Program-made: the position numbers and the translations under genes
From: an uncultured virus (IMG/VR IMGVR_UViG_3300007541_000015)
Lineage: Duplodnaviria > Heunggongvirae > Uroviricota > Caudoviricetes
Virus record (IMG/VR): IMGVR_UViG_3300007541_000015
Length of the DNA stretch: 64,000 nucleotides
Reading direction: 5' to 3' (one strand)
The notes under the pieces: generated by a model
The model's database searches: none
Told to the model about the DNA's origin: nothing
The model's input: only the letters and a program-made list of their open reading frames with translations
Shown: positions 6,475 through 16,064 of the stretch, piece after piece
How positions within the stretch are numbered: the first letter of the stretch is position 1
Layout of the letters: every line of letters starts with the position of its first letter

Positions 6475-6859
6475 ATGGTTTGAACTTCTGAAGATGCTTT
6501 TACCGCGTCAGTTTATGGAGAATATCCAAAACGATTACGGTGGTAGTTTCAAGGGTGGAGTAAATAAGAAGGGAGAACCTGATTTTGAACTCGTTTCAGA
6601 TTGGGGAAGAGTTACACTTAAACAGGGATATGACGGAAAGTTACATGTGGTGGTTGTTCTTAGCAATTCAAAAAATATTTCAATTTCCGGCTATAATCTA
6701 AATAAAATGCTAACGCAAGTCAATGCCTTCCTCAACAGAGAGTTAAATAACGAGGACGCTCTCAAGGGAGCAGGAGCGGTAGTTTCAACAACGCCCGGTA
6801 TTCACAACTTAAGATATTCTAAGAGGGATAAGGATGGTAAAGAAGAAACAGACAATTGA
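6467..6859 (+). CDS. Hypothetical protein (GTG start, PEWFELLK motif)
   Basis: GGAGG RBS; shared motif. Confidence 0.65.
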   Translation: MPEWFELLKMLLPRQFMENIQNDYGGSFKGGVNKKGEPDFELVSDWGRVTLKQGYDGKLHVVVVLSNSKNISISGYNLNKMLTQVNAFLNRELNNEDALKGAGAVVSTTPGIHNLRYSKRDKDGKEETDN

Positions 6860-7847
6860 CCACCCGACTCTTCCCGGTGTAAAAATTACCGTTGAAGATT
6901 TAAGAATTTCGCAACCTTTCCTTAATTGGAAGAACAAATGTGAAAGTCTTAGTGGTGATGATATCGGCACTAAGGAAGAATCTGGTAGCCTATACGAGCA
7001 AATTACCCAACACGTCAATGATATGGTTAGACGCCGTGAATCCAAAAATGATGGAACAGACGGAGCATTTATTCTTCTAAATGATATTTCAGATATTTTA
7101 CAAGAACCATATCCTGCTTCAAAAGAAGTTAAGGAATTACGCAGGTTTATTGAAAAATTGGATGAATTTAGAGTAGCAGATTCTACTCTTAATCCTAGAA
7201 ATACCCTATTTAGAGAACATGAAGACTATGCCAAAGTTCGCGGGAAGGTCGTTCCTCGCGGTAAGAAGGTTGAAATTTACGGTCACTATAGAACTCCTCA
7301 ATTTAAAGCAAAAACAGGCGCAGAATGGTCTGCTCCGAGTAGTTGGGCTAGCAGGGAAAAGAACCGTGCAACCCCTCCTTACTATCAAGCCCTCTTTGGA
7401 ACAGGAACAGAAGGTTTGGGGATTACGGGTCTTTACTACATTATTGAACAGGCTATCGAAGATATCGAAGAAGCCGAAGTGGACTTAACTATTACCAATA
7501 TTGGCCTAATTAACAAATTGACAAAATTAAGCACCTTAGGTTCTTATCTTAACAATATTCTTAAGAATCCAGAGTTTTATACTGAAGACTCGCTTGATTC
7601 GGCTAAGATTGCTCGACACTTGAAAGTTACTCCTTTTGAAGTAACAGGAAAGGTAGGCGATGAAGTTGAGCGCATTTTTGGTATTGAAGGAGAAATTAAT
7701 GAAATCTTCTTTGATTTGTCCCCGAAGAACGTAAGAGAATTGTTTAGTCGGGCTGCTAGCAGAAACCCAAAGGTTCCTGAAAATTTTGTTAATCCCAAGA
7801 CTAAGAAAGAAGTTGTCATGAAATGGGATGATGTTCTTAGGGCGTGA
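6834..7847 (+). CDS. Hypothetical protein (337 aa) with C-terminal MKWDDVLRA motif
   Basis: Long ORF in operon. Confidence 0.75.
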   Translation: MVKKKQTIDHPTLPGVKITVEDLRISQPFLNWKNKCESLSGDDIGTKEESGSLYEQITQHVNDMVRRRESKNDGTDGAFILLNDISDILQEPYPASKEVKELRRFIEKLDEFRVADSTLNPRNTLFREHEDYAKVRGKVVPRGKKVEIYGHYRTPQFKAKTGAEWSAPSSWASREKNRATPPYYQALFGTGTEGLGITGLYYIIEQAIEDIEEAEVDLTITNIGLINKLTKLSTLGSYLNNILKNPEFYTEDSLDSAKIARHLKVTPFEVTGKVGDEVERIFGIEGEINEIFFDLSPKNVRELFSRAASRNPKVPENFVNPKTKKEVVMKWDDVLRA

Positions 7848-7851
7848 TTAA

Positions 7852-8109
7852 ATGGATTGGAAAACAATCCTTAAAACATTTACAGAAGAAGATGTAGAAA
7901 AATTCAAAAAAGTAACTGAGGAATTTTTGGGGAAGGAGTATTCAGAAAACGTGTTCAATACTGTAACTCCTAAAAATTTAATGCGGGTAGTTATGGCAGA
8001 AAAAGAAGAAATGTTAGCAAATCTACGGGCTAGCATTATGAGTATTAATGCTGAAGACCTCAAAAATATGCAAGATTACATTTCTGCTCTTGAAGAAATT
8101 ATAGCGTGA
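7852..8109 (+). CDS. Hypothetical protein, MDWKTILK motif
   Basis: ORF; shared motif; N-terminal part resembles 13496-13768. Confidence 0.75.
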   Translation: MDWKTILKTFTEEDVEKFKKVTEEFLGKEYSENVFNTVTPKNLMRVVMAEKEEMLANLRASIMSINAEDLKNMQDYISALEEIIA

Positions 8110-8118
8110 GGTTTTGAT

Positions 8119-8775
8119 ATGGTTATGAGAAAACGCTGTGGGCTGTGTATGCACGAAGACCGCGAAGCGTTGGAGGCCGGATTAGAAACGGGTCGTCTTG
8201 ACCCGAATACGCTCGACAGGGACCAAGATTGGCGAAGCGGAACTGTTGCACAACACTTAAGAAATCACATGGGAGAGTATGAAACAAGTTCAAATCCCCG
8301 TTGTGCGTTATGCACGGACCCATTACGCAAACACTACGAGGTTGCGATTAACGAGGGCAATATCACAACTGAAGCGATTTCTCAAGCGTTGGGGACTACG
8401 AAACAGCAGGTCCAACGCCACATGAAGCACCACTTGACGCCGATAGTGCAGGAATCTGCGGCCACTATCATAGCGAAAAAGGAAGTAAATGAGATTGAAA
8501 TGCTCTCAAAGAACATCCAACGGTTAGATTCTGCGTTAGACGTAGTGTTCGCTGAAGATGACTTTGACCCTAAGGTAGTTGATTCTCTTACCAAACTAGC
8601 AAGAGAGGTTCGAGAGAGCCTAAAATACCTGATGCAATTCAAAGGTGAGTTTGTTAACAAGACTGAGCATACTGTAATTCATAAGCAAATGGAGATTGTT
8701 CAGGAAGTTTTGGCAGAATCTGACCCACAAGTTTGGCTTCGCATCAAAGACCGTTTCCAAAGTGAACTCCAATGA
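8119..8775 (+). CDS. Tandem Zn-finger/HTH protein, candidate terminase small subunit
   Basis: Two CxxC...HxxxH repeats each enclosing an HTH-like segment, then a helical oligomerisation-like region; upstream of terL. Confidence 0.5.
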   Translation: MVMRKRCGLCMHEDREALEAGLETGRLDPNTLDRDQDWRSGTVAQHLRNHMGEYETSSNPRCALCTDPLRKHYEVAINEGNITTEAISQALGTTKQQVQRHMKHHLTPIVQESAATIIAKKEVNEIEMLSKNIQRLDSALDVVFAEDDFDPKVVDSLTKLAREVRESLKYLMQFKGEFVNKTEHTVIHKQMEIVQEVLAESDPQVWLRIKDRFQSELQ

Positions 8776-8786
8776 GGTGATTTGGA

Positions 8787-10616
8787 GTGGGCTTACTTCA
8801 AACTCTCAACCTTATGCCGACTATGAACAAGACGGCACTTGAAGCATGGGCAAAAAGACAAGACCCTAGCAAAAAATCCTCTGGAAAAAGAGAGGAAATG
8901 GAATTTTTATCCGAAGCATTAGAGGGTGAAGACCCTGTTCGCTTCAAAATTAACTTAAAAGAATACATTCGGCAAAAAAATCCTCAAAATGAGGAAGCCG
9001 TTGATGAATTTTTGGAAAATGTTGGTAAATCTATGGGTATGGTTCGTGTCAAAACTGCCCAAAGAAGAGAAATTTACCAACTTTTGTTCGAAAAATCTAA
9101 AATTTACTACGGATTTTTGAAAGAATCTGGCGCAAGGCCTAAAATTTCTGTTCAAGATTTAGCAGAAGAGGAAGATTTGGATAAATTATTGGAAATTTAT
9201 AAAAAATCTACCTTTTCGTTTAAATCCTTAAGTAGAATACCCGCCAAAGATAGAAAACAGACAGTTTTTAATTTAATTCGGTTAGCAAAGGCTTTCCCTG
9301 AAGAGGTTGATTTCTTAAAATTTAAGAGATTTGTTAGATTTACTGTGAAAGGTAAAAAATATGAAACTGAGCCTAAAGAATATCTTCTAAATACGGCAGA
9401 AGGAAAGGCGGCTCAGGATAAAAAACTAACTGAGAGCGAAAAAGAAGAAATCGCTCCTATTATGTTAGATGCGAATATTTTTAGGGAAAAAACAGAATTG
9501 GTTTTAGAGTATTCCCCTGCCTATCAAGCCCTAATGGATGCTGAATATAAATTTGATATCCCTGTCGAGTTAGAAGTTGATTTCGACTATAACCAAGATG
9601 TTCAAGATAGAGACTTGTATAACTTCATGCGTGATGTTGAGAGCAACAAGAAGTTAGTAAAGGATTCTATTGACGTAGTTTTTCCAAAAATTAACGGAAA
9701 AGGCTTGGAAGACATTTACGATAGAGGAAAATTCGTTACTTCTTTCGTAAACCTTTTTTATGATGATTCTATAAACAAAGAACAAATGAAAGATTGGATG
9801 CGTAGGAATATCCTTTCTCCTAAATTGACTGAAATTCTTAGTGTCCAAGCAAAACAAAGTAAACAAGAAGTGGATATTGGTGCAAAATTCATTGAAACCG
9901 TTAGAAGAAAAACTAAGGGAAATGCTCAAACATACCTATATCCAAAAGACATTCCTATGTTTTTAGAAGTCCTAGAGACTGTAAATAAAGAAGGAATTGA
10001 AATGAAAGTGTTGGGAGAAATGGATAATAATTACATTGTTAATATCAGATTCCCTGACCCCTTAAACGAAAATTACAACGAATCAATTATTGATTATTTT
10101 ACTGACGAACAAGTAGAATACGAAGAAGAATATCAATCAGTTGAGCCTTTTGATATTGATGAAGTATCAGATGATGAAATTGAGCAGATTACCAATCTGA
10201 GTTACGCTATTCCTATTTTAGTAGCAAGTGATGAGTTTGAAGATGCAATTACTAGCAAGAACATGACGAAAGGTATTGCCTCTCCCGCAGGATTCTTCGC
10301 TACGTTAGCAATGATTGTTCAAAAGTATAGCGACTATCGAGCAGAAGACGAATGTGATGAATTATTCACCGAGATGGGGGAGGGTTCAAAGGTCGTGTCG
10401 CCATCCGTGCAACAGAAGGCTACGGAAATTGCTGATAAGATGGCTGAGAAACTACTCGAAATCAAAGAAGCATTCGTGGATGGTGTAAAAGACAACTTAG
10501 AATCAATTTCTAAGAATCCATCAGAAAGGAGCATTCTTATGACGAATGAGAAACTTCTTAATATGTTGACTAAGAACAAAATTATCTTAAATCTTGAAAC
10601 GGAGGTAGAAGAATGA
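8787..10616 (+). CDS. Large acidic helical protein (609 aa), possible virion internal protein
   Basis: Long ORF with GAGGTGA RBS; E/K rich. Confidence 0.7.
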   Translation: MGLLQTLNLMPTMNKTALEAWAKRQDPSKKSSGKREEMEFLSEALEGEDPVRFKINLKEYIRQKNPQNEEAVDEFLENVGKSMGMVRVKTAQRREIYQLLFEKSKIYYGFLKESGARPKISVQDLAEEEDLDKLLEIYKKSTFSFKSLSRIPAKDRKQTVFNLIRLAKAFPEEVDFLKFKRFVRFTVKGKKYETEPKEYLLNTAEGKAAQDKKLTESEKEEIAPIMLDANIFREKTELVLEYSPAYQALMDAEYKFDIPVELEVDFDYNQDVQDRDLYNFMRDVESNKKLVKDSIDVVFPKINGKGLEDIYDRGKFVTSFVNLFYDDSINKEQMKDWMRRNILSPKLTEILSVQAKQSKQEVDIGAKFIETVRRKTKGNAQTYLYPKDIPMFLEVLETVNKEGIEMKVLGEMDNNYIVNIRFPDPLNENYNESIIDYFTDEQVEYEEEYQSVEPFDIDEVSDDEIEQITNLSYAIPILVASDEFEDAITSKNMTKGIASPAGFFATLAMIVQKYSDYRAEDECDELFTEMGEGSKVVSPSVQQKATEIADKMAEKLLEIKEAFVDGVKDNLESISKNPSERSILMTNEKLLNMLTKNKIILNLETEVEE

Positions 10617-12910
10617 ACATGGAATATTTTGAAGAAAAATATGGAAAAGAGGATTTGTCCTCTATCGTTCCAGAATATATTAAAATTCTAGGAGAGCAAG
10701 GTGAAAGAAAGGCACTTAGATTTCTTAGAAATTTTATTTCAGAAAGGGCCAATTACGACGCTTCTCAATTAAGGCAAGAATCTAAGGCATTGGCTGATGC
10801 AATAGAAAGTTCTGGCGCAGCGACTACTGAAGAAGGTGGTCTTGAAACCATTGGTGTTAGGCAGTTAGATGATTTCGTGGCTTCATTAAATCAGTATATT
10901 TCTCGACAAGGAGAAAAATATACTGTTGAGAATATTAAGGAATCTGATATTAGAGACCTTACCAGAGGAATTATTCAGATTGGAAGTAATAAGAATATCA
11001 ACCCTCTTAAGAATAAATTAGAGAAAATTCCTGACTTAGACTTCCTTCAACCTGATTTACTTAAAAAGGTAAAGCGTCTATATCAAGAAGCAAAGGAATT
11101 ACACGACAAGAAAAGAATTTCTAGAACTTCTGTAATTGTCAACTTTATGCCTCAACTTCGTAAGCCTTTCAAGTTAGGATTAAAACCTGAACAGAGAGAG
11201 AAAATTTACGATGAGTTTAATAAGATGGTAGGGGATTATAATAAACTCATTGACCTATTTGAAAAGAATGAAAAATTGATTGCAGGAAATGAACATCTTG
11301 AGAAGATGGCAAGTCTTGTTCAAGATATTCAGTTTTTGCATGATTATCCCGTTAAGAGCATACCTTCTTTAGATGAAGTGGGTGCTGCATCCACAATTAT
11401 TGACAGAATTGCTGCAAACTTAGGTGCAGCAATGGCTTTTGACGAATTTGATGAAGAAGAGGGTTCATTAGGTTTAAATATTGCAACTTTAGAAGAAGAT
11501 GTTGAGAGAGACATTAAAGAAGTTGAAAAATTCTTCGATTCAATTTCCTTAGACCCTCTTTCTATTATTCATTTGAGGGCGAACCTGAACTCCTTAGCGA
11601 TTAAAGGTCTTCTTTTCCAAGAAGAAAGTAGAGAAAAGGTTTTGGCTCTAGTTAGGCAAGAGTTTATTGAGCCTGCATTAGAACAAGCAAAGGGAACAGA
11701 AGAATTCCCTGAGTTTAAGGAAAATATCGAAGCGATTTTTGAAGAAATACAAGACAATTTTGAAGAAATGTATGATTCTGACTATACGAAAGAATATACC
11801 TTGCCTGTGTATGCGGCTAATAGTCGCTATCTTCAGGGATTATATGACTTGGACGTAAAAGAGAATGAAACTATTGATTTCTTAGATGCTTTCGTTCAAG
11901 CATTATATGAAGAGCCTCCACAAAAGAGAGGAAGCGTTGAAGTAGCAAACTTGCCGGATAGTCAAACGGGGTTAACTAGAGAATCTTTCTTAGATAGAAA
12001 GTATTATGCTATTGCTGCTGAAGGTAAACAGAAAGAGTTTTCTGGTGAGATGCAGGAATTTATGAATAAACTTTCATCTCTTGTTGAGAAAACTTTCTTC
12101 AAAACACTTACGATTCTAGATAGAATTAACATTTCTCCATTTTACCATGACCATCCATTTAAATATGCAATGAAGAGTTCAAAGACTCTTGAAGGTTCTT
12201 TTGCTTCTAGAAGAGCAGGTAAGAGAGTTCTTCGTAGGAGGACAGTTACTCCCATTCTTCAATTCTTTAATTTGTTTAAGTCAGTAGGTTCCCAGACACC
12301 TGTTAGTGATTACTTAGTTAAGGGAAAGAGAGCAGCAATTGAATTGGCTAGATTCTATGGCTTTAGTAAATCTGATGCTGAGTATAAGAAAATCCTAAAG
12401 GAAGTTGCTTCTCTTATCGGATATCAATTAAGCAAAGTTGGTAGTGCAGCAAAGGATGTTAAATACCCTGAATTTAACAAAACCATTGCTGATATTTATA
12501 ACGAGTTGAAGATTGACCGCCCATCCGATATTGAAGCATTTAGCACAATGCTAAGAATTATTAGTTCGGAGATTGCTCAAGTTGATGAAAATGATGCTAA
12601 GAAACTCATTGAGTTAGGAAGAGCGTTGGGTATTGGTGAGAAAGAAACTACTCGCTTAAACAAGGCTTTACTAGAAGCACATGATATGTTAAAAATAATG
12701 AAAGGGGAGAAAGTATTTATTTCCTATCTGAAATATCAAGAAGTTGATGATATTATCAAGATGCAAGAATATCTGAGCGAAGATAATCTCGACCTTACTG
12801 CACTTGAAATTGAAAACATTGTAAAGGCTGAGGATTCGTATAAGTCTATTGGGTTAGACTATGGTGTTTCATCTGAAGTGGTTTACAAAATTAAGGCTCA
12901 CTTCCGGTGA
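10613..12910 (+). CDS. Large helical protein (765 aa) with C-terminal HTH-like segment
   Basis: ATGA overlap with previous gene; SYKSIGLDYGVSSEVVYKIK HTH-like tail. Confidence 0.7.
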   Translation: MNMEYFEEKYGKEDLSSIVPEYIKILGEQGERKALRFLRNFISERANYDASQLRQESKALADAIESSGAATTEEGGLETIGVRQLDDFVASLNQYISRQGEKYTVENIKESDIRDLTRGIIQIGSNKNINPLKNKLEKIPDLDFLQPDLLKKVKRLYQEAKELHDKKRISRTSVIVNFMPQLRKPFKLGLKPEQREKIYDEFNKMVGDYNKLIDLFEKNEKLIAGNEHLEKMASLVQDIQFLHDYPVKSIPSLDEVGAASTIIDRIAANLGAAMAFDEFDEEEGSLGLNIATLEEDVERDIKEVEKFFDSISLDPLSIIHLRANLNSLAIKGLLFQEESREKVLALVRQEFIEPALEQAKGTEEFPEFKENIEAIFEEIQDNFEEMYDSDYTKEYTLPVYAANSRYLQGLYDLDVKENETIDFLDAFVQALYEEPPQKRGSVEVANLPDSQTGLTRESFLDRKYYAIAAEGKQKEFSGEMQEFMNKLSSLVEKTFFKTLTILDRINISPFYHDHPFKYAMKSSKTLEGSFASRRAGKRVLRRRTVTPILQFFNLFKSVGSQTPVSDYLVKGKRAAIELARFYGFSKSDAEYKKILKEVASLIGYQLSKVGSAAKDVKYPEFNKTIADIYNELKIDRPSDIEAFSTMLRIISSEIAQVDENDAKKLIELGRALGIGEKETTRLNKALLEAHDMLKIMKGEKVFISYLKYQEVDDIIKMQEYLSEDNLDLTALEIENIVKAEDSYKSIGLDYGVSSEVVYKIKAHFR

Positions 12911-12914
12911 TATT

Positions 12915-13223
12915 ATGCCTATTCAGCAACGTAAAGATGGTTGGTATTGGGGCAGCAAAGGCCCTTTTCCTTCCCGTAAAAAGGCGGAAGAAGTAGCGGC
13001 TGCTGCCTATGCAAGCGGTTACGTTAAGAAGTGGGAAGAGGTTCTCAAGAAGAAGTCCACGGTCAATTCAGCGGGCAATTACACGAAGCCTGCTCTCCGT
13101 CGTCGCCTTTTCAATAAAATAAAAAGAGAAGGAAAGGGTGGAAAACCCGGTCAATGGTCTGCTCGAAAAGCCCAAATGTTAGCACAGGCATATAAACGCG
13201 CAGGTGGTGGCTATCGTGACTGA
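12915..13223 (+). CDS. Basic small phage protein (DUF5872-like GKPGQWSARKAQML motif)
   Basis: NYTKP...GGKPGQWSARKAQMLAQAYKRAGGGY; internal WEEVLK motif. Confidence 0.7.
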   Translation: MPIQQRKDGWYWGSKGPFPSRKKAEEVAAAAYASGYVKKWEEVLKKKSTVNSAGNYTKPALRRRLFNKIKREGKGGKPGQWSARKAQMLAQAYKRAGGGYRD

Positions 13224-13491
13224 TTGGAAAGAAGTCTTAAAGGTTATGGCTGAACCTCAAAAAAACCTTAAGAGGTGGACGGAAGAGGAATGGGGAAGTC
13301 AAGCACAACATCGTGCTAAAGAAAAAGGTCAGACCCCACCTGCAACAACTGAAGGTAAAAGAATGTTGCCCGTTAAAACATATAAGGTAACTCCTAAAGA
13401 CAGATTAGATTATCAAGATAGAAAGAAAAAGGAAGGAACCAAGCGAGGAAAGCAGCACGTTCCAACAGGAAAAAAATTCAGTCAAAGGTGA
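13216..13491 (+). CDS. Basic small protein (DWKEVLK motif; QKNLKRWTEEEW)
   Basis: GTG start after GGTGGTGG; resembles the downstream half of DUF5872-like proteins. Confidence 0.65.
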   Translation: MTDWKEVLKVMAEPQKNLKRWTEEEWGSQAQHRAKEKGQTPPATTEGKRMLPVKTYKVTPKDRLDYQDRKKKEGTKRGKQHVPTGKKFSQR

Positions 13492-13495
13492 TTAA

Positions 13496-13768
13496 ATGGA
13501 TTGGAAGACTGTTCTTAAATTTGAAAAAGAGGCAGTTGATAAATTCAAGGAACTTATGTTAGAATGGTATGACGAAGAATACTTCGATGAATTTATACGA
13601 GGAGTTAAAAGAAGTAATCTCCATGCTTATATTGCTCAGGAAATACGGAGTCTTGAAGAACATATAAGATTAATAGATGGCGTCATTAATATGTCTGAAG
13701 AAGAAAAACGAGAAACAATCATGGAATATAGAAAAGGAATAGATGAATTAAAAGAATTAATGGCTTAG
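13496..13768 (+). CDS. Hypothetical protein, MDWKTVLK motif
   Basis: AGGTGA RBS; shared motif. Confidence 0.75.
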   Translation: MDWKTVLKFEKEAVDKFKELMLEWYDEEYFDEFIRGVKRSNLHAYIAQEIRSLEEHIRLIDGVINMSEEEKRETIMEYRKGIDELKELMA

Positions 13769-13777
13769 GTGTTACTC

Positions 13778-14443
13778 ATGAATTGGTTTTCTATATTAAA
13801 AGTAGATATTGACCTTTTTGTGGATTCTGATGAAGCATATAGAGAAATTGGCAGTAGTCAGCCTTTGGCTATTTATAACATACCTTCTGATACTATAAAG
13901 GTCAATTTACCAAATATTGCCAGAAATCTTAGACAAGTTCTAGGAAGAGAACCAACAGATGAAGAAATTGCAAGAGTTTATACTAAATTAATATCACATG
14001 AAAGCGGTCATGCTGCTGATGTAGGATTTGCCAGACTTGATGAATATTTTACGAATCATGAGAGCACCCATGAAGATACTGAATATGTAGCATATTTAAC
14101 ACAATTTGGTAATAATGTTTTCAATGCAATAGGAAGGTATTTACAACATCCATCTGTTAAAAAAAGAGACCCTAATGATAAGTCTATATTTCCAAATAGA
14201 ATTCTAAAAGATAGATACAAAAATTTACTGAAACTATATCAATGGGTTGGGCAAACTGCAAGCACTAACAAATTGCGTAATGAATTAATTCTTATGGAAT
14301 TAGCAGTTCAAAAAAGATTCAAAGGAGAAGCAAAGACTCGTTTCCCAATTAATGCTAGTATGGCTAGGCAAAGATATACAGATTATAACGGTAAGCCTTT
14401 ACCAAAAGCAGGCGAGTTAATCAATAAAATTTGGGGGAAATGA
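13778..14443 (+). CDS. Putative zincin-like metallopeptidase (MNWFSILK motif)
   Basis: HESGH (HExxH) followed by a downstream E. Confidence 0.55.
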   Translation: MNWFSILKVDIDLFVDSDEAYREIGSSQPLAIYNIPSDTIKVNLPNIARNLRQVLGREPTDEEIARVYTKLISHESGHAADVGFARLDEYFTNHESTHEDTEYVAYLTQFGNNVFNAIGRYLQHPSVKKRDPNDKSIFPNRILKDRYKNLLKLYQWVGQTASTNKLRNELILMELAVQKRFKGEAKTRFPINASMARQRYTDYNGKPLPKAGELINKIWGK

Positions 14444-14444
14444 C

Positions 14445-14978
14445 CTGAATTGGAAAGATATTGTTAAGGCTTCCCCGCTAAAAATAGTGGGCTATTGGGG
14501 AAGTTGGGACGACGACATTAAAATGCCTAAGCCAAATTCCGCCACTTATGACGTTGCTTCCGTAGCCGACAGGTTGAAGAGCGCGGATTACATCAGAGGT
14601 TTCAGGGGCAGTTCTGTTTGCCGTATCTGTCAAGAAAGAGTAGGCTCAGGTGAATTAACCAATTATGAATACGTTTTCCCTGAGGGACTTTATCATTACG
14701 TTGAGGAGCATGAAGTAGCATTACCTAATTTCTTAATCGAAAGTCTAATGGAAGAACATGAGACTAATGACATTCAATTAGAAAGTATTAAAAGAATGAA
14801 CGAACATAATTTACCTAAAGATATGATTCATCGGTCAGGTTCAATGATAAATATTTCTATAAGCAGCGAATGGTCACAATGGTTAGAAGAAACGGGACTG
14901 ACTAATGAAGAAGCATTAGAACAATATGATTTAACATACTCAAATAAAAGAAACATAGAAAGGAGGATGGGGCTATGA
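14445..14978 (+). CDS. Hypothetical Zn-binding protein, probable CTG start (MNWKDIVK)
   Basis: RGxSxCRIC...PEGLYHYVEEH; in-frame CTG-AAT-TGG restores the shared motif. Confidence 0.65.
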   Translation: MNWKDIVKASPLKIVGYWGSWDDDIKMPKPNSATYDVASVADRLKSADYIRGFRGSSVCRICQERVGSGELTNYEYVFPEGLYHYVEEHEVALPNFLIESLMEEHETNDIQLESIKRMNEHNLPKDMIHRSGSMINISISSEWSQWLEETGLTNEEALEQYDLTYSNKRNIERRMGL

Positions 14979-15205
14979 CTTGGAAAATTATTTTGAAAGA
15001 AGACTTTGAAGATATTGATTCTTTTATTAAAGAAATGAAAAAAATTAGTCAGATGGCTATGAGTCAATTTAAACATTTCGATTCTAAAACTAACAGCGAA
15101 TTTGATTCTTTGGAAATGAACGATTTAGCAACTGCTATTAGTGATATGGGTAGGGCTGTTACAGTTTTAGAAAGAATGAGAAACACACAAGAGGAATTAC
15201 AATGA
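14975..15205 (+). CDS. Hypothetical protein, MTWKIILK motif
   Basis: ATGA overlap; shared motif. Confidence 0.75.
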   Translation: MTWKIILKEDFEDIDSFIKEMKKISQMAMSQFKHFDSKTNSEFDSLEMNDLATAISDMGRAVTVLERMRNTQEELQ

Positions 15206-15555
15206 GTTGGGAAGATGTCCTTAAAAAGAAACCCAAAAGCGAAAGGTCAAAGGCTTTAGAAAGAGCCAAGGCAAAGGGACTCAAAGGACTAAATAGTCCT
15301 CAAAGATTAAATGATGGTTCAGGTAAATCTCATCACGTTATGGCCTTTGAAGGTGGAAAAGGAAAATACATTAAATTCGGTCAAGCAGGCGTTAAAACAA
15401 ATCAGACAGCAGGACAGCGAGAAGCATTTAAGTCTCGCCATGCTAAGAATATCAAACGAGGAAAAATGTCTGCGGCATGGTGGGCTGATAAAGTAAAGTG
15501 GAGTCCAAGCAAGACTAAAGAGAAAAAGAATAAAAATTGGCGTAAGGGGTCGTGA
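15202..15555 (+). CDS. Highly basic protein, MSWEDVLK motif
   Basis: IKFGQAG...AFKSRH...SAAWWADKVKW, a pattern common in small phage proteins. Confidence 0.7.
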   Translation: MSWEDVLKKKPKSERSKALERAKAKGLKGLNSPQRLNDGSGKSHHVMAFEGGKGKYIKFGQAGVKTNQTAGQREAFKSRHAKNIKRGKMSAAWWADKVKWSPSKTKEKKNKNWRKGS

Positions 15556-15559
15556 TTTT

Positions 15560-16060
15560 ATGAATATCAGCGAAAGAAGTTTCTCTGAACAAGAGACTAA
15601 GAAAATTTTTGCTGATGCAGGGATTGATTGGAAAACCCGCTCCGAAAGATACGTCGGCTTGAAAGATACTGTTTTTGAAAGAGTTTCAGGCCAATGGTGG
15701 ATTGCTTATGACGAAGGAAAACCTGTGGCTTCTTATGGAATAGGAGAAATGGATAACTTTTATTTATCCTTAGGGGCTGTGAGTTATAAACCGGGAGCAG
15801 GCAGTTTAGTAACAAAACACGTAATTGACTCACATGGCGATAAGCCCATCGTAGCGAATGCCGCTTCTCCAGCAGGTAAAAAACTACTTGATAAAATGGG
15901 ATTTAGAGAAATTCAAATTAAAGATGGCTTTATTCAAGATACTGATATCCCAACTGAAATTAAATCTGCATTAGAAGTTGCTAACGAAAGAGGCGGAACC
16001 GTTTTAAGAAAGATGTATCTCTTAATGCCTAAAAATTGGTTTGTTCTTTTAAGGAGGTAA
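15560..16060 (+). CDS. GNAT-like acetyltransferase fold protein
   Basis: Beta-rich core, GAGS acetyl-CoA-loop-like segment, LLDKMGFRE motif B-like; C-terminal NWFVLLR motif. Confidence 0.45.
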   Translation: MNISERSFSEQETKKIFADAGIDWKTRSERYVGLKDTVFERVSGQWWIAYDEGKPVASYGIGEMDNFYLSLGAVSYKPGAGSLVTKHVIDSHGDKPIVANAASPAGKKLLDKMGFREIQIKDGFIQDTDIPTEIKSALEVANERGGTVLRKMYLLMPKNWFVLLRR

Positions 16061-16064
16061 AAAT

